Part shown: piece by piece, positions 24,529-33,881 of the stretch
Layout: every line of letters starts with the position of its first letter
Numbering within the stretch: position 1 is the first letter of the stretch
Source of the DNA: Alphaproteobacteria bacterium
Lineage (GTDB): Bacteria > Pseudomonadota > Alphaproteobacteria > Caulobacterales > Caulobacteraceae
Reading direction: 5' to 3'
Assembly (NCBI GenBank): GCA_018826515.1
Contig: JAHKAM010000063.1
Location: 26,050-90,049, forward strand
Length of the DNA: 64,000 nt
Notes under the pieces: generated by a model
Told to the model about the DNA's origin: nothing
What the model saw: the letters and a program-made list of their open reading frames with translations, nothing else
Database searches by the model: none
Program-made: the position numbers and the translations under genes

Positions 24529-26244
24529 ATGGCCGCGGATTCAGCCATCATCCTCGTCGGCGACAATCCGGCCGCGCTCGAAGCGGCCATTGCGCCGATG
24601 CGAAAGCGCCTGAGCCGGCGAGGCTGGTCCCGGAAGGTCCAGGCGCCCTTTCTCGAGGCCTATGCGCCTTCCGCCGGGCGGCTCGACATCACCTGCGGTC
24701 TGGACGGCCATGGGATCCTGATCGGAGACCTCTACGACCGGGACGGAGGTCGGCTGGAAGGACGGGAACGAGGCGTCCTCGGTTGCCGTCCTCTCGACAG
24801 CGCGCGCGCCCGGGATGTGTGCTCGACCTACTGGGGTCGCTATCTCCTCGTCCGCCGGTTCTCGGGCGAGGTCGCCATCCTCCGCGATCCATCCGGCGGG
24901 ATCGATTGCGTGGTCTGGCGCCGGAACGGCGTGACCTTCATTGCGACCGGGGGCGGCGATCTCATAGATCCCTGGCTTCCGGATACGACGTCGATCGACT
25001 GGGGAGAGGTCGCCGCCCTGGTGCGTCGCCCCGGTGAGCACCGGCATCGCCTGCCCCTGACCGGATTGACGCCCGTCGCGGCCGGCGAGCTGCGCAGCAT
25101 CGGGGATGGAACCCACCGTAGCGAACAAATCTGGACCCCGGCCGAAGTCTACAGGCGTCGCGACCCGGCCGCGCCGCCTGACCTCAGGGCATCCGTGGTC
25201 CTGGGCGTCACCGCGCTGGCCGGAACCCGGAAGTGGATCGCGGAGCTCAGCGGCGGGCTCGATTCCGCCATCGTGGCGGCCGCCCTGACCACGGATCAGC
25301 GCGGCCGGGTCGCAGCTTGGGTCAATCACTATGTCGATCACAGGGAAGGCGATGAGCGGGACTACGCGCTGGCGGTGGCTCGGCGTCACGGGGTGACCCT
25401 GACCGAGGTGCGTCGGGTGGGATTGCGTCTCGGAGCCCGGCGGCTCGAGGTGGCCGCGGACGGATTTCGGCCGGCGTCCAATGATATCGACCCCGACTAC
25501 AATGACGACATCGCCGAGCGCATCGAGACACTCGATGCCTGGGGCTCACTGACAGGGCAGGGCGGCGACGCCGTCTTCTTCCAGATGCCGACACTGCTGA
25601 TCGGCCTGGACGAGATCTGGGAGCGCCGGTTCGGGGCGAGAGTCGAGGTCCTGCATCGCCTGTCCCGCTGGTTGCGCCGCCCTCTCTGGCCGACCGCCCT
25701 GGCCAGGGACTGGCGCGAGGAAATCCGTCACCGTTCGTCCTGGACGCACCCGTGGCTCGAGGATCTCCGGGGCGTGCCGCCCGCCAAGGCCATGCAAATC
25801 TCGGCGCTGTCCTTCTGCCAGACCTTCCAGGGGCCGTCGGTGCGCAGCCGCCGCGGGCCCTGCATCAACCCCCTGCTCAGTCAGCCGGTCATGGAGGCTG
25901 GTCTCGCCCGATCTTCCGTCGATCTGACCTGGGGCGGTCGCGACCGCGCGGCGGCACGGGCAGCGTTCGCCGACACGGTGCCGTCGGTCGTCCTCGATCG
26001 TCGGTCCAAGGGCGAACTCGGCGCCTACTATGGTCGAGCCGTGGCCGAGCATCTTCCCTTCCTCAGAGACTACCTCCTCGGCGGCGCGTTGGCGGAGGCC
26101 GGGTTGATCGACCCCTCGCTGGATGCCCGCCTGACCCGTGAACACCTGCTCTGGCGAGGCGGCCATTCGGAACTGCTCAGTCTGGCGCAGACGGAAGCGT
26201 GGGTACGGCGGTGGCGTGATCGGCTGGCGGCTCGAGCGGCCTGA
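24529..26244 (+). CDS. Lasso peptide cyclase C (asparagine synthetase-like)
   Basis: ELSGGLDSAIVAAAL PP-loop. Length is 571 aa. It starts 1 nt after the B stop. Confidence 0.85.
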   Translation: MAADSAIILVGDNPAALEAAIAPMRKRLSRRGWSRKVQAPFLEAYAPSAGRLDITCGLDGHGILIGDLYDRDGGRLEGRERGVLGCRPLDSARARDVCSTYWGRYLLVRRFSGEVAILRDPSGGIDCVVWRRNGVTFIATGGGDLIDPWLPDTTSIDWGEVAALVRRPGEHRHRLPLTGLTPVAAGELRSIGDGTHRSEQIWTPAEVYRRRDPAAPPDLRASVVLGVTALAGTRKWIAELSGGLDSAIVAAALTTDQRGRVAAWVNHYVDHREGDERDYALAVARRHGVTLTEVRRVGLRLGARRLEVAADGFRPASNDIDPDYNDDIAERIETLDAWGSLTGQGGDAVFFQMPTLLIGLDEIWERRFGARVEVLHRLSRWLRRPLWPTALARDWREEIRHRSSWTHPWLEDLRGVPPAKAMQISALSFCQTFQGPSVRSRRGPCINPLLSQPVMEAGLARSSVDLTWGGRDRAAARAAFADTVPSVVLDRRSKGELGAYYGRAVAEHLPFLRDYLLGGALAEAGLIDPSLDARLTREHLLWRGGHSELLSLAQTEAWVRRWRDRLAARAA

Positions 26245-28555
26245 GATACCGGTCGAACCATTGCCGGACCTGTCGGTAATAGAGCCGGATATTGCCGGGG
26301 CTCCGAAGGCCGTGTTCCTCGCCGATCAGGAGCGTCAGGGCGACGGGGCGTCCCAGGCGGTGAAGCGCGCCATAGAGCTGTTCCGATTGGCCGAGCATGA
26401 GGTCGTATTCCCCGGCGACGAGAAGGGTCGGCGTGTGAATCCGATCCGCCTGGTCGAAGGGACTGTTGCGGCGATAGCGGTCGGCCGCGCTCCAGTAGGA
26501 CGTCCGCATGGCGGCCTGGCCGGACTCGAGCCAACGCGCGCTGGCCGCAGCAGCAAGCGGATGTCCGCCCTCCAGCCTGAGCGTTGAGCCGACGTCGCCA
26601 ATGACCGTCGAGAAATTCATCGGTCCGTTCAAGGCGACCACGGCGTCGAAGCGGTCCGACTGGGCGGCGCCCATGACCGCCGACCAGGCGCCGAAGCTCC
26701 AGCCCCACACACCGATCCGTTCCACATCGATCAGCCCTTCGGCGCCCGCAGCATCGACGACCGCAAGGATGCGGCCGGCCAGTCCATCAGCGGGCTCGCG
26801 CGTCGGCGGAAGGTCCGGAATGAGGATGGCGTAGCCGTCCGCCACCAGCAACTGAGGGGCCATGGAAAGGCTCGTGGATTCCCGTCGCATCCACCAGGGC
26901 GGCGCGTCATAGGCGTCCCCCTGATAGGGCACGACGATGACCGGTGGTTTCGAGGACAGGTCGCGCGGCAGATAGAGCCACCCGCCGACGCCGCCCGGAC
27001 CTGAAACCCGGCGAGGCGCGGCCACCTCGATCCGGTCCAGCTCGGGGTTGAGACGCCGGATCACGGTTCGCCCTTGTTCGTCCTGCCGTCGCAGCACGTC
27101 CGGCTCGTCCTCCTGTGTACTTCGATCGAGGCTCACCCCACGGCTCCAGCTGACCGCAGCCCCGGGCGCGGCGACAGCACATGCTGTGTCGAGCGTCGGG
27201 TCGGCATAGACCCGGCAAAGCCTCCCGTCGGATTGGGACAGGGTCGCGAAGCGCCGCTTCATCGGGCCGTTCATGGCCCGCAGGCCAAACGGTCCGCCAG
27301 GGTCGACTGAACTTCCAGCCGCTCCGAGAACGGTCATACCGCCATCGGGATCGAGTCGAACGAGGTCCCTGGCGCGGTTGAAGAGAACACCGGAAGGGTG
27401 TTCGGCCACGAGCCGGGCGTTTGGTCCGAGCCCTGAAATGGGCCGGACTCCGCCATCGGCGCGGAACCAGCCTTCACCGAGTTCAGTGCGGCCTTTGACT
27501 AACGGCGTGTCATCGAGCCAGCCGCCCTCGGCGGTCGGCATGCCCTGGAAGTCGATCGCGGCAACGGGCGTGACGCCGGGCGGGGTTTCATCCCGCACCT
27601 CGCCGGAAGGCGTCACGGTCAGAAGCCGCGTGCGGTCGCCGACGATGGCGACCACCAGGAGCGCGTCCGACCGGGGCGACCAGGCGAGAAGGCTGGTGGA
27701 GATGTCGCCGGTTCCAGGGGGAGACACGAGCCGGCGATCCTCCAGCGAGACGATCTGCAAACCTCGAGCGCGCCTTACCTCCGTCGACGCATCGGCGGCC
27801 GGAGGCGGCAGGAGCGGGCCATCGAGGAGGAGCGCGACATGGCGGCCATCCGGCGAGACTTCGAAGTCCAGGAAGGGGCCGTCGGCGATCGGGGAGGCGC
27901 GCCCGGTCGTGGCCGTGATCCGCCAGAGGCGGCGAGGAGCCAGGGTGTCCTTTGCGTCGGAGCCCACCATGACGGCCGCAGCGGCCCCCTCCATCGCCGC
28001 CGCCCTCAGCGCCAGCAGGCGGGCTTGCTCCGTGCGAGGACCCGCCAGTCGTGCGGGGAGTGAACCGTCAGCTGTCCCCAGCACGATCAGGCTGTCGTTC
28101 CCCACCCATTCGACCGACCGGCCCCAAAGCCCCAGGTCCGGTGCGACCTCCGTCCATATCACCTGTCCCGTGGCCAGCACGACGACACCCAGACGCCAGG
28201 CGTCGTCCTGAAGGCAGAAGACGACCATTCGACTACCGTCGGGCGAGAAGGGGCCCGCCGTGTAGCCGGCGTTCTCCGCCATCGGCAGAAGCGGCCGCGG
28301 CGAGGCGGCTTCGTCGAGGTCCAGACGATACAGTCTGGCATACCGATTGGCGCCCTCTGCCTCCACGTCATGCCGAGGGAGATCGATCCGGCTGAGGCGT
28401 TCCTCGAAGACAGCCACCGCCCCGGACGGATCGATCGCCACGCGGCCGTAGCTCTCCAGACCCAGGACGACCTCAACCGTGAGGGGGTCGGCCCGCACGA
28501 CGGAAGGGCAGGCGAGCGCAAGGGCGCTCGCCATCAGAACCAAACCTCTGCGCAT
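26177..28555 (-). CDS. S9 prolyl-oligopeptidase-family serine peptidase, predicted lasso peptide isopeptidase (AtxE-type)
   Basis: N-terminal beta-propeller-like region. C-terminal GVWGWSFGAWS nucleophile elbow, then AGEYDLM (Asp) and GEEHGL (His). The gene context matches known isopeptidase-type lasso clusters. Confidence 0.8.
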   Translation of the reverse strand: MRRGLVLMASALALACPSVVRADPLTVEVVLGLESYGRVAIDPSGAVAVFEERLSRIDLPRHDVEAEGANRYARLYRLDLDEAASPRPLLPMAENAGYTAGPFSPDGSRMVVFCLQDDAWRLGVVVLATGQVIWTEVAPDLGLWGRSVEWVGNDSLIVLGTADGSLPARLAGPRTEQARLLALRAAAMEGAAAAVMVGSDAKDTLAPRRLWRITATTGRASPIADGPFLDFEVSPDGRHVALLLDGPLLPPPAADASTEVRRARGLQIVSLEDRRLVSPPGTGDISTSLLAWSPRSDALLVVAIVGDRTRLLTVTPSGEVRDETPPGVTPVAAIDFQGMPTAEGGWLDDTPLVKGRTELGEGWFRADGGVRPISGLGPNARLVAEHPSGVLFNRARDLVRLDPDGGMTVLGAAGSSVDPGGPFGLRAMNGPMKRRFATLSQSDGRLCRVYADPTLDTACAVAAPGAAVSWSRGVSLDRSTQEDEPDVLRRQDEQGRTVIRRLNPELDRIEVAAPRRVSGPGGVGGWLYLPRDLSSKPPVIVVPYQGDAYDAPPWWMRRESTSLSMAPQLLVADGYAILIPDLPPTREPADGLAGRILAVVDAAGAEGLIDVERIGVWGWSFGAWSAVMGAAQSDRFDAVVALNGPMNFSTVIGDVGSTLRLEGGHPLAAAASARWLESGQAAMRTSYWSAADRYRRNSPFDQADRIHTPTLLVAGEYDLMLGQSEQLYGALHRLGRPVALTLLIGEEHGLRSPGNIRLYYRQVRQWFDRYLRPLEPPADHATAVPTLPSAPD

Positions 28556-28561
28556 GTATGC

Positions 28562-31516
28562 TCACCAGCGCTTGACGAGCTGGAGGGAGACCTGACGCCC
28601 AAGGACGTTGGTGTTGGCGGCGTCGTAGCCGATGCCCGCCGGAGCGTCGTAGAAGGGCGGTTCCTCATTGAGAAGATTGAGCACATTCAGGGTGAGCGAC
28701 AGGCCCTTGGCCCACCCGGACTCCAGATCCACGCGCGCCTGACCGTCCAGGGTGATCCAGTCATCGATCGCCCGGCCGCTGGCTGCGTCTCGTCCGCCGC
28801 TGACGTGATTGATGGCGCCCCCGATGGTGAGAGGGCCCAGCATCCATTGCGCGCCGACCCGGCCGCGCCAGCGCGCGGGGAAGTTGGGGCTCCCGAGCAG
28901 ATCTTCCGTCGGCGAGGCCGGCGTTATCGTTCGGTCGTTCGTGAGAAGGTGGGTAACGGTCGCGTCGAGGGCCAGGTCGCCGGACCCCAGGGTGAAGCGA
29001 TAGCGCGTCGACAGATCCAGTCCCTGCACCTCCACCGCCGAGGCGTTGACGTACCGGTTGTCGATCACCGCGCCATAGGCCGTCGCGGGGAAGACGCGCG
29101 GGTTGAAGTTGCCGGGGTGGTCGAGGAGCGACTGCACATAGGCGAGATCGACCGCACTGGTGCGAGGGGCGACGTAGCGGATGAAGGGCGCAAGCGTCGG
29201 ATCGTTCAGGGCGTCGATCAGGTTCTCCGCGACCGGGGTCGCGATCCGGTCCTCGAAGGTGGTGCGGAACCAGCCGCCTTCGATCCGCAACCCTTCAACC
29301 GCGTTCGGCGTCCAGACAAACCCGGCGGTCCAGGATTCGGCGGTCTCCGGGGACAGATCAGGATTGCCGCCGTACTGGACGATGCTGATCACATTGGAGC
29401 CCGCGCGGTCGAGGAAAACCGGACCCAGACGATAGGCGCTGTTCAGCTCGCGCAACGAGGGCGCCCTGAAGGAGGTCCCGAAACTCGTGCGAAAGAGCAG
29501 GTCCGAGGTCGGCTTGTAGAGCAGTCCGACTTTCGGGTTGGTCGTCTGACCGACGCCTTCGTGGTCCTCGATCCGCCCGGCGAGCGACACCTCCAGCCGC
29601 TCGAGGCCGGGGCGGGCGTTGTCCGGCCCCGCGATCGGAATACGAAGCTCGGCGAAGGCGGCGGTGACATCACGCTCGAACCGGGTCGGGGCCGCGATAC
29701 GGGGCGTCGCGCCGGAGATGAAATTTTCACCGGAGGTCTCGAACCGCTCGTGCCGGACATCGAGGCCGACGGCCATGCGAAGGTCGCCGCCGGGCAGGTT
29801 CAGCAGGACGCCGTCCGCCTTCAGGTTCAGCGAGCCCACCGTGCTGATGTTCTCCGACCGAATGTAGCCGGACCCGATGAAGGCCAGCAGCGCCGCGCTG
29901 TGAGAGGCGGGATCGCCGTAGGGGTTGAAGAAGCCGTCGACCGAGGTGCGGAAAGCGGTCGACGGACTGTCGGGCGTCGCGCCGATGGCTTCGTCGAGCC
30001 GGGACGTCTGGACGCGGTTCGTCGCCATCAGCCCCGTCGTCTCACGCCCGCCGCTGATGTAGGCGGCGGTGTTCCAGCCCAGCAGGGTCCCGCTGATTCC
30101 CAGGGCCCCGCCCACGCTCCGTGAGAACCCCTCGTCCCGACCAGGCCCGAGGTCGTTGATGAAGGAGTAGGCGATTTCCTGGAACGGTTCACCGGCGACA
30201 GGGGTGAAGTAAGGGTTGTCGGGAGTGACGAACAGGATGCCGATATCAGCCATCGTGTCCTGATCGTACCGCCGGTCCGTGTAGCGGATGTCGCCGTCCA
30301 GACTGAAACCACCCGGGAGATCCTGACGTCCCGCCAGAAAGACGCTGTGCCGCCTCTGATGCGGGAGGCTCCACTGTCCTTCCATCTGATTGGTCAGATT
30401 GACCGCCCTTGGCCGGAAGTCACCCGGCGTGAGGTTCAGCCCGTTCTGCCCGGGGCGAATGGCATGGGTCGGTTCATATGAACCGCTGACAGGGTCGAAC
30501 GCCATCAGATTGCCGGGCGCGCTGTAGAAGAAGCGGCGGTCGGACCCGCCAAGCGCCCGAAGGTCGGCATCGGCCGTCGCCCGGCGATCCGCCGCCCGGA
30601 GTTCTCCCCGGTCGTGAAATTCATAGGCGGCGACGATTCCGCCGCTCGACCAGTCGAAGCCGCCGCTGTGCGACAGCAGGACTTCCTCGGCGCCGCCGTC
30701 GCTCGTCCCTCCGACGCGGAGGCGGGTTTCGGCCCCTTCGAAACGAGACTTCAGAATGACATTGACGACCCCGCCCACCGCGTCCGCGCCGTACAGGGCC
30801 GAGGCGCCGTCGAGAAGCACGTCCGTTCGTGCAACAGCGCTGGTGGGAATGTTGGAGATGTCTGAGAAATCGCCGGCGCTGCCCGTGCCCGCGATCCGAC
30901 GACCATTGACCAGGACTAGGGTGGCGTCCGCGCCGAGACCCCTCAGGTTCACCCCGGTCGCATAGGCGAGGTTGCGGCTCGTGCGGTCGGCCCCAGTCCC
31001 GGCCGACCCCTCATAGGCCGCGCCTGTGAAATTCTGGGGGAGGGCGGCGAGCGTCTCGGCGACCGTGCCCCGTCCCTGCCGATCGATGTCAGCCTGGGTG
31101 ACGACGGTGACGGGGGAGGGGCTGTCGGCGCCGCGCAGATAGGTCCCGGTCACCACGACTTCCTCCAGCTCCGTGGCCGTATCCGGCTCGAGCTCGGCCC
31201 GCGCGGAAGGGTCGAACAGAACGAAGACAGTAGGCCGGCTTTGGCGGTACGAGAGACCGGTGTCGCGCAGGATGATCTGAAGGGCGGCTTCCGGTGCGTG
31301 ATCGCCGCTCAGGCCGGTCGACTGGCGGCCGGCGACCAGAGCGCTGGGATAGAGGATCTGGAGACCGCTCTGCCGGCCGAAGGCGGGCAGGGTGCGCTCC
31401 AGCGGTCCCGCAGCGATGTCAAAGCGGCGGACGCTGTCCGACGACTGCGCGATCACTGGCGTCGCGACTGCCATCATCAGCGCGGCGAACGCGGTTGAAG
31501 TGTATCCGTGGCCCAT
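28562..31516 (-). CDS. TonB-dependent transducer (FecA-like) with an N-terminal STN signalling domain
   Basis: RRFDIAAGPLERTLPAFGRQSGLQILY is the STN domain. EEVVVTGTY marks the plug. The C-terminus ends in LQLVKRW. Length is 984 aa. Confidence 0.9.
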   Translation of the reverse strand: MGHGYTSTAFAALMMAVATPVIAQSSDSVRRFDIAAGPLERTLPAFGRQSGLQILYPSALVAGRQSTGLSGDHAPEAALQIILRDTGLSYRQSRPTVFVLFDPSARAELEPDTATELEEVVVTGTYLRGADSPSPVTVVTQADIDRQGRGTVAETLAALPQNFTGAAYEGSAGTGADRTSRNLAYATGVNLRGLGADATLVLVNGRRIAGTGSAGDFSDISNIPTSAVARTDVLLDGASALYGADAVGGVVNVILKSRFEGAETRLRVGGTSDGGAEEVLLSHSGGFDWSSGGIVAAYEFHDRGELRAADRRATADADLRALGGSDRRFFYSAPGNLMAFDPVSGSYEPTHAIRPGQNGLNLTPGDFRPRAVNLTNQMEGQWSLPHQRRHSVFLAGRQDLPGGFSLDGDIRYTDRRYDQDTMADIGILFVTPDNPYFTPVAGEPFQEIAYSFINDLGPGRDEGFSRSVGGALGISGTLLGWNTAAYISGGRETTGLMATNRVQTSRLDEAIGATPDSPSTAFRTSVDGFFNPYGDPASHSAALLAFIGSGYIRSENISTVGSLNLKADGVLLNLPGGDLRMAVGLDVRHERFETSGENFISGATPRIAAPTRFERDVTAAFAELRIPIAGPDNARPGLERLEVSLAGRIEDHEGVGQTTNPKVGLLYKPTSDLLFRTSFGTSFRAPSLRELNSAYRLGPVFLDRAGSNVISIVQYGGNPDLSPETAESWTAGFVWTPNAVEGLRIEGGWFRTTFEDRIATPVAENLIDALNDPTLAPFIRYVAPRTSAVDLAYVQSLLDHPGNFNPRVFPATAYGAVIDNRYVNASAVEVQGLDLSTRYRFTLGSGDLALDATVTHLLTNDRTITPASPTEDLLGSPNFPARWRGRVGAQWMLGPLTIGGAINHVSGGRDAASGRAIDDWITLDGQARVDLESGWAKGLSLTLNVLNLLNEEPPFYDAPAGIGYDAANTNVLGRQVSLQLVKRW

Positions 31517-31608
31517 GGCTTTCCCCCGTTTTTCTACCCGCGAATGTGCGGGGCGGGGAGGAGACGTTGGGTCGCGGACCTTGGGCTAAGTCCGGGAGCG
31601 AATTATTT

Positions 31609-32583
31609 TCAGGCGCCGCGGCTGAGCACGATGCGACCGTCTTCCGTCCGGGCGGCCTGAAGCGGATAGAGGTCCGTCAGGGCGGCGACGAAGCCGTCGA
31701 TGTCGCCCGCGTTAAAGACCCCGCTGACCCGGATTTCGGACACGCGGGCGTCCTGCAACTCGATCGGCTCGCGGCTGTAGCGATTGACCTCCGCCACCGC
31801 CACCGAGACCGGGGTGTTCTCGAACGTCAACCGTCCGACCGTCCAGCTCGTCGCCGCCGCGACGTCTGTGGTCATCACCTGGGGCTGGCGGGCGGAGGTG
31901 ACGACCTGCTGCCCCGGCGTCAGGGACCACTGAGCCGGTCGGTCCATGTCGTGCCGGACGGCGACCCGCCCGTCGACCAGAATGACGCGAGCGCCCGCGC
32001 CGGAGCGCCGGACGTCGAAGCGGGTGCCCAGAGCCGTCACCCTTGTGTCCCCGGCCGCCACCACGAAGGGGCGCGCCGCGTCGCCCTCGACATCGAACAT
32101 GGCCTGGCCCGAGGTGAGGGTGACGGCGCGGCGGTCACGCGTGTAGCGCACCGCCACCCGGGTGTTGGTGTCCAGAGTGATGCGCGAGCCGTCGTGCAGC
32201 TGCACCGTCCTCTGCTCCCCGACGGCCGTGGCATAAGTAGCGGGCCGCTGCTGGAGCCAGGCGAGACTGAAAGCGCACACGGCCACGGCCGCCGCACCGG
32301 CGACGCCCAGAGAGACCAGACGGCCCGAGGGCCTGCGCTTCTCTCGGGCTTCAGTCCCGCGCCTGGCCTCGGCCGTCAGGGCCGCCAGCTCGGGGTTGCC
32401 GGCCAGCGCGCCCGCGGCGTCCCACATGGCCTCGATCTTCTGGAAGGCGTGCGCATTGGCGGGATCGCGGCGCCAGGCGCTGAAACCGCGCACGTCCGCC
32501 GTCGTGACCTTGCGCTGATTGAGCCGAGTGAACCACTCGACGGCTTCCTTGCGCCTGATGTCGGCCTCCGCCTCGATCGTCAT
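31609..32583 (-). CDS. FecR-family anti-sigma factor / sensor
   Basis: EAVEWFTRLN...FSAWRRDPANAHAF N-terminus, one TM helix, and a FecR domain (VQLHDGSRITLDTNTRV). Confidence 0.85.
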   Translation of the reverse strand: MTIEAEADIRRKEAVEWFTRLNQRKVTTADVRGFSAWRRDPANAHAFQKIEAMWDAAGALAGNPELAALTAEARRGTEAREKRRPSGRLVSLGVAGAAAVAVCAFSLAWLQQRPATYATAVGEQRTVQLHDGSRITLDTNTRVAVRYTRDRRAVTLTSGQAMFDVEGDAARPFVVAAGDTRVTALGTRFDVRRSGAGARVILVDGRVAVRHDMDRPAQWSLTPGQQVVTSARQPQVMTTDVAAATSWTVGRLTFENTPVSVAVAEVNRYSREPIELQDARVSEIRVSGVFNAGDIDGFVAALTDLYPLQAARTEDGRIVLSRGA

Positions 32584-32592
32584 CCGTCTTGC

Positions 32593-33135
32593 CTAAAGGT
32601 CCAGCCGAGACGCGCAATACTCGAGCGCCCGGGCCATCCGCCACTTCACGGTCTGCTCGCTGATCTCGAGGGTCCGGGCAATCTCCGGGTAAGTCATACC
32701 GCCAAAGCGACTGAGAACGAAGACTTTGCGGTAAAGGGGCGGCATATCGCGGATCGTCTCCGTCAGCAGCGCGGCGTCGAACTGCACGGCCGCTTCGCTG
32801 ACAGGCGGGGGCGCCGCCACCTGATGACGTCGCTGCAGGGCGTCCTGCCTGTGCGAGTCAGTCAGGAGGTTCAAGGCGATCCGGAGCAAGAAGGCCTTGG
32901 GGTGCCGGATGTCGGCCAGGGCGTAGGGCGCGGCGCGGATATAGGTCTCCTGAACCACGTCCGCGGCCGCATCCGCGCCGATCCGACCGCGCAGACGCCG
33001 TCCCAGCCAGGGTGCGTACTGACGGTAAAGACGGCCAAGACCATCCTGTCCCTCCGCGCCCAGCTGCTTCGTGTCTGTCACCACGCCTCTCCGACCTCTT
33101 CCAAAAAGGTCCGGAATCCGGGCGAGACGGCGCAC
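32593..33135 (-). CDS. ECF sigma factor (FecI-like)
   Basis: AADVVQETYIRAA is region 2. YRKVFVLSRFGGMTYPEIARTLEISEQTVKWRM is region 4. Confidence 0.85.
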   Translation of the reverse strand: MRRLARIPDLFGRGRRGVVTDTKQLGAEGQDGLGRLYRQYAPWLGRRLRGRIGADAAADVVQETYIRAAPYALADIRHPKAFLLRIALNLLTDSHRQDALQRRHQVAAPPPVSEAAVQFDAALLTETIRDMPPLYRKVFVLSRFGGMTYPEIARTLEISEQTVKWRMARALEYCASRLDL

Positions 33136-33367
33136 ACGACAGCGCGCGCGTCAGCGCACGCCTTCGCAGGCGTCGGCAACCGACATCCGCGCGTCGCACG
33201 GGGTCGTCGATGATCTGATGTCGCACAGGGGATTCCAGGCCCCACCAACGCGGACGTCGGCAGGGGAAGCATGAATCAAAGGTGGGGCGGGTGCAAGTCG
33301 CCCGGCGTCGCGGGGCGTCAGCAACCTTTCCGCAAAAATCTGGCGGGGAGACCGCAATTCACTGTCG

Positions 33368-33667
33368 TTGCCTGAAACGGCGATTCCCGCCCAACGTGAA
33401 TCCTGTTCACTCAGGGAGTTGTCCATGGATTGCGCGTCACCGGCCCAGCCTCGCGAGATACCGGCGTTGAGCCCCCGCGAGTCGGAGTGCCTGCTGTGGG
33501 TCAGCCGGGGCAAGAGCTCGGCCGATATCGGCCAGATCGTCGGCCTCTCGCCGCGCACGGTGGACAGCTATCTGGAGAAGACCTGCGCCAAGCTGCGCGT
33601 CCGCACGCGTATCGAAGCGGTCGCGGTCGCCGTTCGCGATGGCATCATCGATCCCGACGCGGAGTGA
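33368..33667 (+). CDS. LuxR/GerE-type HTH protein (DNA-binding domain only; the start is possibly at 33425)
   Basis: LSPRESECLLWVSRGKSSADIGQIVGLSPRTVDSYL. Confidence 0.7.
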   Translation: MPETAIPAQRESCSLRELSMDCASPAQPREIPALSPRESECLLWVSRGKSSADIGQIVGLSPRTVDSYLEKTCAKLRVRTRIEAVAVAVRDGIIDPDAE

Positions 33668-33881
33668 GGTTTGGTGCAACGAAGAGTAGGGGGCGGGTCT
33701 GGAACTTCTGTACGGAAGCCGGGGGTTTCAGCCCTGATCGCCGCCGACGCGATGCGTCCCCTGGCTCAGGATCAGCGCCTATACGTTCCGGAACCCGCCA
33801 ACGGTGCTTATCCTCTGCGGTGTGGCGCCCGGACAAGTCGAAAGTGGTCGGCGGGCCGATGTCCGGGTCCAGGAGAAGCGC

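Noticed and set aside
31517-31608. ECF (FecI-type) promoter upstream of the TonB-dependent transducer
   Set aside because: I found only weak candidates on the minus strand (GGACTT ... CGTC) with uncertain spacing. Without a matrix or a mapped TSS I cannot support a call. The region is mentioned only as something to test.
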